The notes beneath the pieces are model-generated. The model saw nothing but the letters and a program-made list of their open reading frames with translations, did not search any database and was not told the DNA's origin. Positions 31,438 to 41,538 of a stretch of 48,681 nt of DNA are shown here, piece by piece (within the stretch, counting starts at the first letter, position 1; each line of letters starts with the position of its first letter). Source of the stretch: Trichomonas gallinae (Eukaryota). The stretch is from NCBI GenBank assembly GCA_008369845.1, contig MRSU01002137.1, positions 1 to 48,681 on the forward strand, read 5' to 3'. The position numbers and the translations under genes are program-made.

Positions 31438-31480
31438 GCGCGCACCCGAATCGAACACACGAATTTGTTGATGGAAAAAT
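31438..31480 (-). pseudogene. Possible decayed tRNA 3' half (B-box) followed by oligo-T
   Basis: The minus strand reads TTCCA...GTGTTCGATTCGGGTGCGCGC-T9. The B-box GTTCGATTC is present, but the T-stem pairs poorly and no 5' half is visible. Confidence 0.25.
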
Positions 31481-32169
31481 TTAGTATATTATGAATATTA
31501 TATGGGAAAAAATGAAATTATTTATAGAATAATATTTGACGTGTAAATTTGAAGGTTATGAAATGTAAATAATTCTAACCTTATTGATGTAATATCTTTT
31601 TTTGAATGAATTATTATGCATATGAAATAGCTACAATCCAATGGATAAATTTCTTCACTCATTAATTCATAATTTCTATTTTTGGCTTATTTTATTTGAT
31701 CTATTCTCTAGCATATATATAATGTGCGTATGAAAGGGGATCAGTACTACATATGCACATGATAGTTCAACAGAGCTAATATCAATAGTAAGACTAGTTC
31801 TAGCTAAATTTTGAAATATTATGTCATTGAATATAAATGAAAACATAATCACATCATTCTCATTCCTCTGTTTTAATATATTATCAGAGAAGCAGTATCC
31901 AAATGTTAATAAGGTGCCTAAATTCATTCCGAATTTCTTCTATGTTTGTTATTTTGCAATAGTGAACATGTAAACCTGATTAACGCACATCAGTGATTAA
32001 AACCTATGAATACACGGATTAGATAGAGTGTTCATAGATTTCATTGAGTTTCTCACACATATATTGATTTCTGTTTTAAAAATTATGATTATTATAGATA
32101 GTACATGTAACTGATGATATTTATAGTTTATGATTTTTCTTTTTTTGATTACAAAATGAAAAAATTTTG

Positions 32170-32455
32170 CAAACATTTTATGGGCGCGATAGCAATAAAT
32201 ATTGTTGCAAAATATTAAAAATGTAATACATGATTATTTTTATTTCTTAAGTTCATAATTTTGAATCTAAAATAATCGTAATTTTTCAATTTTTGTTATA
32301 GATAATATGCGATTATTTTTGTTAACTAAATTTTCATTTCTAAATCTCTCAATTTTGAATAAAAAATAATCGTTGTTTAAATATTTTAGTTATATAATAG
32401 ATGAATATTTTCATTTCTTATGTTTTTATTTTTGAAGGGAAAATAATCGTAGTTT
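32170..32455. repeat. Second locus of the two-box repeat family seen at 19.7-20.1 kb
   Basis: TATGGGCGCGATAGC at 32179 is followed by AAATAATCGT at 32270 (91 bp later, versus 92-93 bp at the first locus). Further TTTTGAA..AAAATAATCGT copies at 32364 and 32441. Confidence 0.7.
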
Positions 32456-32682
32456 TCATCATTAAGTTTTTTATCGTCTTTTGCTACCTATTTCAGATGA
32501 GGACGTTAAAGTGCACATGACCGTTCGACAAAACTCTTAAATGACTGTCGATTATAACCCAACTACGATAAGAAATATTAAACATGTAAAAAACAACAAG
32601 ACTAGGAAATAGAAAATGTTACTAATAAAAAAAAAAAAACTTATTATTCAGAATTTTTGTGAATAATAAAAATAGTTTAAAA

Positions 32683-35600
32683 ATGCGCGCTGCGGAATCA
32701 CAACTGAAATATATACTTAACGCCAAAGAGTTTAGCTTCGATAAGTTTATGGAGAAGTACTTTCCTGATTTTTGGAAATCAATGGTGGATTATCTTGTAA
32801 GTATGAATTCCAAAAATAATAACGCGAAACCAGGGAAGTTTGTTGCAGTAGATTTTCAAAAAATCATTCAGGCGCTCAATATTATACTTCCTAAGCTAAA
32901 ACAAGGTTCCTACAACCCAGATATTTTGTCAGATGCGGATAATTTCTTCGGTATGGTGTTTCACCCACAGTCTTCTGATGAACTACGCGAAATGTTCTCT
33001 CCTATTTATTTTAATTTTCTCGAGTCATGTAACGAATCCGAAATTTCGAGATTGAAATATTCATTTAAATACTATATTCCGCTCCCATTTATCGCCGTTG
33101 ATGATGCAGACAGAAGACAGCTCAAAAATTTTGCTGACAAAGAAATTGATCCAGTTATTTTTGATCAAACGAAGGAAAAAAACGGACAATGCGAAGCCAG
33201 TACTTATATTCAGAATATACTGAACTGGATAGTCAACCATTGGGAATCCAAATCAAGTTCAATGATAAAACCCTTAATTCAAAATATTATGACTGCGATT
33301 TATTTTAACGAGGCAAAAAGCCTTAATATGGACATCCCGCCATACCATCTCAAGAATACAGTCGCTCCAGTAATTCATGAACAATTCTGCCAATTTTTTA
33401 CAAATTTATTCGATGATACGCGCAATTTTAATACGTTGTTCGAAACAACTACTCTCAATTTTGTCACATTGGTATTTAAGGCATCTTTATTATCTGTTTC
33501 GCAGGATGCTTTTAGGTTTACACTTCAAGCACTTATCGAAATAATTACAAACCAGAATTTATACAAAGCTTTCGCAACAACGGGATTAATTCCTCAAATA
33601 TGTGAAATTGCTACTGACCTTTTCATTACCTTCCCAAGCCCAGCTTTCGGGGCACAATTATCTGAGTTTGCTTACTTCTTACATCTCGATCGACGCTCGC
33701 TTTCAACTGAAATACGAATACAAAATCTAACTACAATATTAAATTTTGCGAAAAAGGACAATTCGGCAAAATTAACAGTTTTCGGAGCAATCCTCGCATG
33801 TAGTTTAACTAATGGCGAGGAGGACCCAGCAATGTGGGATGCATTAGTCAGTTTCATATACGAAAGTGATACTTATGCAGCTATCGCATCAAAATATATG
33901 CAATTATTTGCAACATTACAGTTCCCTAAAATTTTCTCCATAGATATGGAGACAATTATAGATGAATGTGAGCTCGCCTACGACAGAAACCAGCGTAATA
34001 AAAATACTACGGACCATGATTTCGTTTCTAGCCACATTAAACAGATTCTTAATGATCCTCAGTCGTTTGTTCACGATGAAATTTACGTTTCATGGCCAGA
34101 ATATGAGAAATACAGAAAGATTCTTAAAAAAGTGCCGTTTTGTCCAGCAGCCAACCTTAAAAAGCTATCAGACCTAGTTTCATCCGCCGCTGAAGAGTTT
34201 ATGACTGCTCTCGATAAATATATAACAAGATCAGACGATGAATCAAAATGCAACGCATTCTCAGTTATAAACAGCTACTACGACATATTCGTTATGCTCA
34301 AGAATCTTCCTCCGGATGTTTCATATACAAAATTAAGCCCATTCCAAATAGCATCTCACAGATTATTCGAAGCACTTACAACACAGAAAAATACAGACAT
34401 TTTACTGCAAGGATTCAAGACACTGTCAGCTTTGTTCTGCACAGCCGATATAAAGAACCACATACCTCACGAAATGCTTTCAATGTGGTACACAATTGTA
34501 ATATTCTGCATTCTTTCCAAATCTTCTGAGCTGTCTGAATTGGCCTACAAAGCCGCCGTTTCAACAGTGATGATCGGATTCCAGGGTTCAACACTTCTAA
34601 TACCAACATTGATGAAATACTGCCAAAACAAAATTGTCGAATGCCCGGAAACTACTTCTTTGTTTTCATCTTCTGCATTGTTCAGAGTCAAGCACAAAGT
34701 CAACCACGGCTTCTACGACAGCATGGTTTCTCAGCTGGAAATGAGAAAGGAAACATTATGCGATAATTGGAAAGATATATTCGCAAGATATTGTCACGAC
34801 CAACTAAATACAGCAGTGAAAATCATCGAAAAGATAACAAACCCAGAACTCATGCTTTCCATATCCATTCCATTCATAGTTGACGAAATCAATCAATATG
34901 ATCCAAATGTTGATATAGTTGTTTCGCTCTTTAACAAAGTTGTTGATTTAGCTGTTAAATATGATATCGGCGCCTTACAAATGATCAAAGTTGTCTGCAA
35001 TTATTCGTTGTTGACTAATATTGCTAATAGCGAGTTCGAGAAAGGCATACAGAGGATTGTGTCAATGTCTGAGTCAATGAATGAAGAAACTGACCCAGAA
35101 TATTTGTTCATATATCTACAGTTGTTGTCTTCAATTTTAATTTCGTCTGATAATGTCGGCAGAAATTTAGCACCGCAGTTTTCAGCATTCATCGCAAGAG
35201 TTTTAGACTTCAAGACTCCTGAAGAATATCCACAGCAAATTAAGAAGTTCGCAGCAGCAATAAGAGAGTTAATGTCTATATTTTTGGGCGCTTATCCATT
35301 CAACACTTGTCCAGAACTTCCAAGTGCGAGAAATGTCAAGAATCCAGACTCTTTATCTATTCTTTTCCCCAATGACACGTATGTTAACATCGACAAGCTG
35401 CCGCACGAAGGAACAAGCTTCACTACGAACGGAAGATGCGGCCATTTCATCTTCGATTTCTATCCGTACACGCAAAGTATAGATATGCCAGCTCCAGAAT
35501 TCGATCTCTTTAAAGACAACCACATTAAAACTCCAATCAACGATGTCAGCGGGCAAGAAGAATTTTCGGCAACATTCGACAATGTCACAAGAAGGTTCTT

Positions 35601-36588
35601 CGACGTCGACTCAATTCCATTAGATGTCATCGACGAAAAAGCGGAAAACGTTGCTGCCGTTGATGACGAAGTAGAAAAATACTACGCGGAACACATGCAA
35701 TACCAGAAGCCAGAAGAACCCAAGCGCATCAGAGCCCCACTTACAACAGAGTTCCCTGCAGCTGCAGCACTGACAGCAGTTGGCCTCATAGACAGCGAGC
35801 ACCCGCACAAGATCAAGAGGACAGCAATTCGCTCAAACCGCACAACATCAGTCGTAATGAAGAGCGAGAACGTCGACGTTTTGCTCATGAACTCACTGAG
35901 AACAGATCACAGAACACCAGAGAAGGCGGCCCTCTGCTATGTAGGGGAAGGCAGCATGGTTCAGTCACGTGTTTTAAGGACAGACTTGCCGAGCGTTTCG
36001 CCTAGATTCAAGGAGTTCTTCAGCATGCTCGGATGGAATGTCACTCTCAAGAACTGGCCTTTGTATTCAGCGGGCTTAGACACATACAAGGATGCGAACG
36101 GAGTCAGCTCTCTCTACACAAGTGGCATTGACTTCGAGTTGATGTATCACGTCGCTCCTTTGATGCCGACGAATCCAAAGGACGAACAATGCATCGACAA
36201 GAAGAAACACATAGGAAACGACCACGTGCAGGTTATATACGTTGAGTCTGACAACCAATACGACCCGTTAACTATCACTTCGCAGTTCAACTTCGTGACA
36301 ATTGTCGTCTATCCTCTGCAGACTGGTTTGTATAGGCTCGATGTACATCACAGAGACGGAATGAAGTGGTTCGGGCCTCTCAATGGACCAGTAATATGCA
36401 CGAAGAACAGCTTGTACACGCTCATTACTTCGACAATCACTTCTGTTATGATGTCTATAAGATTCGCACAGTTGCCTTACAACCATCCAACTCTGGAACT
36501 CGAGAGAAAGATGATGCAGGTTATCACTGAATACACGAAAGACAACGAGACTCCTTATGCAGCACTGATGGACCTGCAAATCACATAA
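32683..36588 (+). CDS. Rap/Ran-GAP domain protein, RalGAP-alpha/tuberin type
   Basis: C-terminal RapGAP domain (LCYVGEG, FKEFFSMLGW, LMYHVAPLMP, KKKHIGNDHV with the Asn thumb, QFNFV, FGPL) and a long helical N-terminus. First ATG at 32683. Confidence 0.9.
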   Translation: MRAAESQLKYILNAKEFSFDKFMEKYFPDFWKSMVDYLVSMNSKNNNAKPGKFVAVDFQKIIQALNIILPKLKQGSYNPDILSDADNFFGMVFHPQSSDELREMFSPIYFNFLESCNESEISRLKYSFKYYIPLPFIAVDDADRRQLKNFADKEIDPVIFDQTKEKNGQCEASTYIQNILNWIVNHWESKSSSMIKPLIQNIMTAIYFNEAKSLNMDIPPYHLKNTVAPVIHEQFCQFFTNLFDDTRNFNTLFETTTLNFVTLVFKASLLSVSQDAFRFTLQALIEIITNQNLYKAFATTGLIPQICEIATDLFITFPSPAFGAQLSEFAYFLHLDRRSLSTEIRIQNLTTILNFAKKDNSAKLTVFGAILACSLTNGEEDPAMWDALVSFIYESDTYAAIASKYMQLFATLQFPKIFSIDMETIIDECELAYDRNQRNKNTTDHDFVSSHIKQILNDPQSFVHDEIYVSWPEYEKYRKILKKVPFCPAANLKKLSDLVSSAAEEFMTALDKYITRSDDESKCNAFSVINSYYDIFVMLKNLPPDVSYTKLSPFQIASHRLFEALTTQKNTDILLQGFKTLSALFCTADIKNHIPHEMLSMWYTIVIFCILSKSSELSELAYKAAVSTVMIGFQGSTLLIPTLMKYCQNKIVECPETTSLFSSSALFRVKHKVNHGFYDSMVSQLEMRKETLCDNWKDIFARYCHDQLNTAVKIIEKITNPELMLSISIPFIVDEINQYDPNVDIVVSLFNKVVDLAVKYDIGALQMIKVVCNYSLLTNIANSEFEKGIQRIVSMSESMNEETDPEYLFIYLQLLSSILISSDNVGRNLAPQFSAFIARVLDFKTPEEYPQQIKKFAAAIRELMSIFLGAYPFNTCPELPSARNVKNPDSLSILFPNDTYVNIDKLPHEGTSFTTNGRCGHFIFDFYPYTQSIDMPAPEFDLFKDNHIKTPINDVSGQEEFSATFDNVTRRFFDVDSIPLDVIDEKAENVAAVDDEVEKYYAEHMQYQKPEEPKRIRAPLTTEFPAAAALTAVGLIDSEHPHKIKRTAIRSNRTTSVVMKSENVDVLLMNSLRTDHRTPEKAALCYVGEGSMVQSRVLRTDLPSVSPRFKEFFSMLGWNVTLKNWPLYSAGLDTYKDANGVSSLYTSGIDFELMYHVAPLMPTNPKDEQCIDKKKHIGNDHVQVIYVESDNQYDPLTITSQFNFVTIVVYPLQTGLYRLDVHHRDGMKWFGPLNGPVICTKNSLYTLITSTITSVMMSIRFAQLPYNHPTLELERKMMQVITEYTKDNETPYAALMDLQIT

Positions 36589-36879
36589 TAATGATTTTTA
36601 TTTGTATTTCCACAATTATTTTTGTTTATGATTAAAAAATACTGTTTTTATTATTATTTCCTATTTTTTATCATTTAACTCAATCATATTAAACTTTTCT
36701 ATCATTGTATTAATTCAAAACTCATCAATATCAAATTTTTAAACAAAAATTCAAAATTAGGAGAAAATTTATGGATAGATCATGAGTAAATTGAAAAATA
36801 GATATATAGAGATCTAATTTTATATGAATAAACAACAAATTAAAAATAAAATAATAAAAAAACAAGAAATTTTGATGAA

Positions 36880-37956
36880 TTAATCGTTCTGATAGATTTC
36901 ATTCCACATTGTCTGGAGTGCTCTATCGTGTGCATATAACAATTCAGTGATTTTTGTGAGTTTTTGGCGAATATCGTTGATTTCAACTTGAATTTGCTGA
37001 ACTTTAGGAATTCCGTTACCAGCAAGTTGATCAAGCTCAGAAACACCTTTATCACTGTCCTGTTTATCAACTAGGCTTGCTACATTCTTTTCGATTTCTT
37101 CTACACGTGATTTCAGTTCTTCATCCTGTTCTGGATTTGAAATCTTACTCTCTATTGCCCTTATTCTTGCTTCCAACTCGTCTTCTTCCTTAGACTGCTT
37201 CTTTTCGATGAAATCAATAAAAACCGGCTGATTCCACTTGATTTCTTGCTCCACGACGTTAACGAATGCCTTAAACTCAGCTTCTGTGCCGGCACTCAAC
37301 ATGTGGATGACTTGGTACTGATCAAAGTCAGGATTCATGTTCGAACAATTTATATCATCGAATTCTAAGAGAGAAGGACAAACAAACTTCGCAAGTTCAG
37401 CAAGTTTTGTGTCCATGTCTTTCTTGAGGAAACCAACGTAACAATACTTGAGAATTGGGAGTTCTGCGAGATATTTAATTTCTCTCATGTCAAATATGAG
37501 ATTGTCAGCAATATCCAAGCATTCGAGCGAATCCAAGCTCGAAGATTCAATAAATTTCAGTGAATTAAGCTGATTGAATGAAATATCTAAAGTTTTTAAT
37601 GTTGGTGGTAATTCTGGCTTAATTGTAGTGATTTTATTATGCGCTGCATAAACAGTATGAATATTTGGTAAGTCTTGGAGGAAATCTAGCGTTGTCAATG
37701 CATTATATGAAACATCTAACTGTTGTAGTTGAGTTAGAGTAGAAATGAATGATAAATTTGTAATAGAATTATGATCAATGAACAAATCACGCAGATTCGA
37801 GAAGATATTTAAATCAGGCAAATCAATGAATAAATTATTCGCCAAATTCAAGGATAAAATACGCGAAGGGTTGTTTATTGGTGGAATTTGCGACAATTTC
37901 TTGCTTGACAAATCAACTGATTCCGCTTGTGAAGGTTTTCTTCCTAAATTACTCAT
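36880..37956 (-). CDS. SDS22-like leucine-rich repeat protein with a C-terminal coiled coil
   Basis: Repeated LxxLxLxxNxI units (LNLANN, LFIDHN, LDVSYN, LDISFN, LDIADN) and a C-terminal heptad region. Confidence 0.85.
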   Translation of the reverse strand: MSNLGRKPSQAESVDLSSKKLSQIPPINNPSRILSLNLANNLFIDLPDLNIFSNLRDLFIDHNSITNLSFISTLTQLQQLDVSYNALTTLDFLQDLPNIHTVYAAHNKITTIKPELPPTLKTLDISFNQLNSLKFIESSSLDSLECLDIADNLIFDMREIKYLAELPILKYCYVGFLKKDMDTKLAELAKFVCPSLLEFDDINCSNMNPDFDQYQVIHMLSAGTEAEFKAFVNVVEQEIKWNQPVFIDFIEKKQSKEEDELEARIRAIESKISNPEQDEELKSRVEEIEKNVASLVDKQDSDKGVSELDQLAGNGIPKVQQIQVEINDIRQKLTKITELLYAHDRALQTMWNEIYQND

Positions 37957-38169
37957 AAAAAAATATGATTGCCGTTTATTTATTCAAAAACGCTCAAAAA
38001 CAGTCTTTTTAGGCCTTTTTATAGCAAAATAACCAATTTTTACTCGATTTTTTCGCTTTTTTTTCAATATTTTTTGATTTTTTTTTTGTATTTCAAATAA
38101 ATATTTGTAAAATCTATATATTTACAATAAGAAGAAGGTATACTAAAGTACCACATAATAAAAAATACA

Positions 38170-39531
38170 TTATTCTTTTTGATCAGGGAATAACAACTGA
38201 TCTGGAAGTGTTAAGTCATTTTGAGCAATCATTGCTGATGGCTCCATGTTGTCGGAGTCAGACAAACCGGTAAATGAGAATCCTGAAACATTTGCTTCAT
38301 CTCCTAAGACAGGCGTGCCATAACTATCCATTGCGGTCTCGTCATCGCCGTTTTCTTTCACTACTTTCATGGGTTCAGCCTCCGTATTTGTCGTAGGGAT
38401 ATAATATGGTTGCAATTTTCGATTATACACGTCATCCCAGTTCGTTCCGCTGAAAAATGGATGGTGTATCACGTCTTCATACTTGGCGCGCTTCTTTGGA
38501 TCCTTTTTGAGAAGATGAGCAATGAGAGAAGCTAAATCTGATGGAATTTCATCAGGAAATGATACTTCTTCGTTGACAATCTTCTCGAGAATGCGAGACT
38601 GGCTCTTATCGAAGAACGGCGTGACCTGCATCACCATTTCGTAAGCCAAAATGCCGATCGCCCAATAATCTACTTCATAGCTGTAAGCTTGATGCTGTGC
38701 AATCTCTGGAGCGATATACTCATACGTTCCGCAGAACGTCTGCGCGCCTTGAGAAGCGCTGAGATCTTTAGATAAACCAAAATCTGTTAATTTAATGTGG
38801 CCTTCTTCATCGAGAAGGATATTTTCTGGCTTTAAATCCCTGTATATAATACCTAGTGAATGGAGGTACGAAAGCGCCAGCACGATTTCTGATAAATAAA
38901 ATCGAACTTCTTTTGGATTTAGTCCGCCGCTCTTCTGAACGCGCGCAAACAGCTCACCACCAGACGCGTACTCGAGTCCAAAATAGAACTTGGACGGAGT
39001 CTGAAAGGCAAATTTAAGTTGAACAATAAAAGGATGACTAGCGCGAAGTAGAATGTTTCTTTCGGCTAAAGCCGTGTGACATCTCTTGTCCTGAATCAAA
39101 CGGCTCTTGTGTATTGTTTTTATAGCGAATTTTTCGTCGGAATCTTTTTTTGTTGCAAGCATAACTTTACCGTAATAGCCATTTCCTATTACACGAATTG
39201 GCGTGAAATCGTCTATAGACAGAACAATCGTTTGTGAAGGTGCGTTTTTGAGAACCGTGACCCATTTCATTAATTCTTCGGGTGTATCTGCAAAAAGTTC
39301 TATGTTTTCCTTTTCTGAATTCCAAACCGTAAGAAGGAAGGTTCGACCTTTACAAACGTATTCGATTTTTGTCTCCGCGCTAATTGTCATAGTCATATCC
39401 GGAAATTTAGCATTTTCGTCCGCGAAAATGAAAAATGTGTGGCAGGTACATGTGCACCACTTCTTAGCTTTTATTCCGAACACAGACATCTTCCTTTTTA
39501 GCCACCCGGAAAGACTGATTAAGTCAGTCAT
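38170..39531 (-). CDS. PH-domain AGC kinase (Akt/PKB-like)
   Basis: N-terminal PH domain (LSGWLKRK ... EELMKWV), GNGYYGKV, AIK, YRDLKPEN, DFG, TFCGTYEYIAPE, and an AGC C-tail with a GFSF hydrophobic motif. Confidence 0.93.
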   Translation of the reverse strand: MTDLISLSGWLKRKMSVFGIKAKKWCTCTCHTFFIFADENAKFPDMTMTISAETKIEYVCKGRTFLLTVWNSEKENIELFADTPEELMKWVTVLKNAPSQTIVLSIDDFTPIRVIGNGYYGKVMLATKKDSDEKFAIKTIHKSRLIQDKRCHTALAERNILLRASHPFIVQLKFAFQTPSKFYFGLEYASGGELFARVQKSGGLNPKEVRFYLSEIVLALSYLHSLGIIYRDLKPENILLDEEGHIKLTDFGLSKDLSASQGAQTFCGTYEYIAPEIAQHQAYSYEVDYWAIGILAYEMVMQVTPFFDKSQSRILEKIVNEEVSFPDEIPSDLASLIAHLLKKDPKKRAKYEDVIHHPFFSGTNWDDVYNRKLQPYYIPTTNTEAEPMKVVKENGDDETAMDSYGTPVLGDEANVSGFSFTGLSDSDNMEPSAMIAQNDLTLPDQLLFPDQKE

Positions 39532-39900
39532 TCCTTGTGATATAATATTTTTTTCTTAATTTTTATATTCTTAGCCTTCTTAGGATGTAGATTATATATT
39601 ATATAAACAAAATTTTTTGTCAATTTTTTTCTTTTTTTTTTGAAATTTCGGTTATTGGTATTTTTGCATAAAAGGCTATTTCTGTTAGTTCTCTCCATTT
39701 CTAATATATACAGTGTAATAAAACCGAATTATCATCAGAAAAATTATTTTGTGATTCACAACCATGAATTATTTCGGTTTGAAACACGAAAAATAGATTA
39801 ATTTCAACACATATATGCTAAATATTCGAAAATATTAAGAATAACCTTCAACGAGAAAATATTAATCAATAACAAAACTTACTGGCAGTTATTATTTTTA

Positions 39901-40140
39901 ATATATTTTAACTTTATATTATCTATGATGTAAGGATGCTAGATAATAGAGATCTAAGGAATTTATAAAGTATTTCAAGATTTGAAAAAATTCAAAACCT
40001 TACACTTTGATTTATTACTATAATATTTTAACCATATATTATCTATGCCATAAGGATGCTGAATATTAGAGATATAAGGAATTTTTCATGTTTTAAATGA
40101 TATGAAAATATTAAAATTATTCAATGTTGATTTCAATAAA
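39901..40140. repeat. Imperfect tandem duplication with a 120-bp period
   Basis: ATATTTTAAC..TATATTATCTATG...TAAGGATGCT...AGAGAT.TAAGGAATTT recurs exactly 120 bp apart (lines starting 39901 and 40021). Confidence 0.9.
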
Positions 40141-40210
40141 GATAACTTTTAGGATTTTAAACATGAACATTTATTGAGTTGAGGTAAGATGATAGCTTGC
40201 TATTAAAAAT

Positions 40211-41182
40211 TTAAACATTTCTTTTTCGGGATGAAATCCATTTGCATGCCTCAAGAACGCTTTCGTTACAACCGCGGACAAATATGCTCTGAGAATGATA
40301 AAGTAACCTGACATTATCATAATCAACACCTTCTAAGTCTTTAGGATTTGTGACCCAGTTAGGCGCCGTATTAGGATCAAGTTCTACGAATCCATGAGAC
40401 GGGAAGTTTCCTTGCTGATGGAAGAAACTTCCGTCGATTGTTCGAATTCCAAGCAATCTTGCAAATCTATTCTTTTCGACTCTAAGTACTTTGTCAGTTA
40501 TCCATTCGACACCGAGCAATTCAGCATATAATCTATCAGCTTCAGCGATCTTTAACGCGTTGAATAATTTATGCGAGAAACGAGAGTTGGCGTTGTTCTT
40601 CTTTTGGAAAAAGTTTTGAACTAAGTATCCAAACGAGAATTCCTGGTCAGCCCAGAACTTGCTTGGAATAAATCCTAGTTTCTTTGGATTGAATTTAATA
40701 CCGGGATCCGCCATAGCAGCTTCAAAGCCATCATTTATGACAGGCGTTCCAGCCGCAGGCGAAGTAAGACTTCTCTGATGTTGAACAGGCGGAGCGGTGG
40801 CTGGAATAATTGGACTGCCCCTTTTGAGTTCCGGCGCTTCAGCGCTAGTTGCTGGAATATCCCTAAACTGGCCGAAGTTGAACATAGGCGGCCTTGCAGG
40901 GCTCGAAGGGATTCTGCGGTGCTGTGGCATATATTGTGCAGGTGCTAAACTTGCGAAATCGTTGGGAATTTCAGTAAATAGCAAATCTGGTGTCTGTCCT
41001 GGTGATTGAGGGTTAGGAGACTGCGGTATCGGTGAATCAAAAGACATCGGGATCGGAGAATCAACGAAAGGAACATCATAATCCATTGAATCTCCAAATC
41101 CCGACCTCTGGGGGGAGTCGAGTATCCACCCAGAGCTCGGTGGGTCTTGCGGTGAGTTTAACCATAAATCATCTTTCGACAT
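40211..41182 (-). CDS. Initiator-binding domain (IBD, IBP39-like winged helix) transcription factor
   Basis: C-terminal RFSHKLFNALKI...GVEWITDKVLRVEKNRFARLLGI...NFPSHGF matches the trichomonad IBD family. The N-terminal half is Ser/Pro-rich. First ATG at 41182. Confidence 0.8.
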   Translation of the reverse strand: MSKDDLWLNSPQDPPSSGWILDSPQRSGFGDSMDYDVPFVDSPIPMSFDSPIPQSPNPQSPGQTPDLLFTEIPNDFASLAPAQYMPQHRRIPSSPARPPMFNFGQFRDIPATSAEAPELKRGSPIIPATAPPVQHQRSLTSPAAGTPVINDGFEAAMADPGIKFNPKKLGFIPSKFWADQEFSFGYLVQNFFQKKNNANSRFSHKLFNALKIAEADRLYAELLGVEWITDKVLRVEKNRFARLLGIRTIDGSFFHQQGNFPSHGFVELDPNTAPNWVTNPKDLEGVDYDNVRLLYHSQSIFVRGCNESVLEACKWISSRKRNV

Positions 41183-41538
41183 CGAAAAATAAAATAAACT
41201 ATTCAAATTCGCATTTTTTTCTTCTTTTCCTAGAAAATCACTAAATAAAACTAAATCCTCCTTTAGAAGCCTATTTTAACCCCAATTCACGTAGCAAATC
41301 CAATAAATTCAAAAAATATTTTTTATCAAATAATCAAAACCTTGATCAAAGTCCCAGAATTATTAAGAAACAATTACCTATGGCCTACATATTTATGTAA
41401 AGATGTTTATCATCGAAAAAATATCATTTTTTATTTCAAAAGTCAAAATATTATCTTCCAAAATCTTTATTGTGATTATATATGTAAAATAATGATCTTT
41501 ACTAGTTTAATGGTTAAAACAAAAAACATCTATTATAA

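Noticed and set aside
32004..32037. 10-bp hairpin CTATGAATAC/GTGTTCATAG
   Set aside because: A single stem with no family features, plausible by chance in AT-rich DNA.
32683..39531. Akt-like kinase near a TSC2/RalGAP-like gene as a pathway cluster
   Set aside because: Both families are large in trichomonads and eukaryotic gene order rarely reflects pathways. There is no supporting sequence signal.
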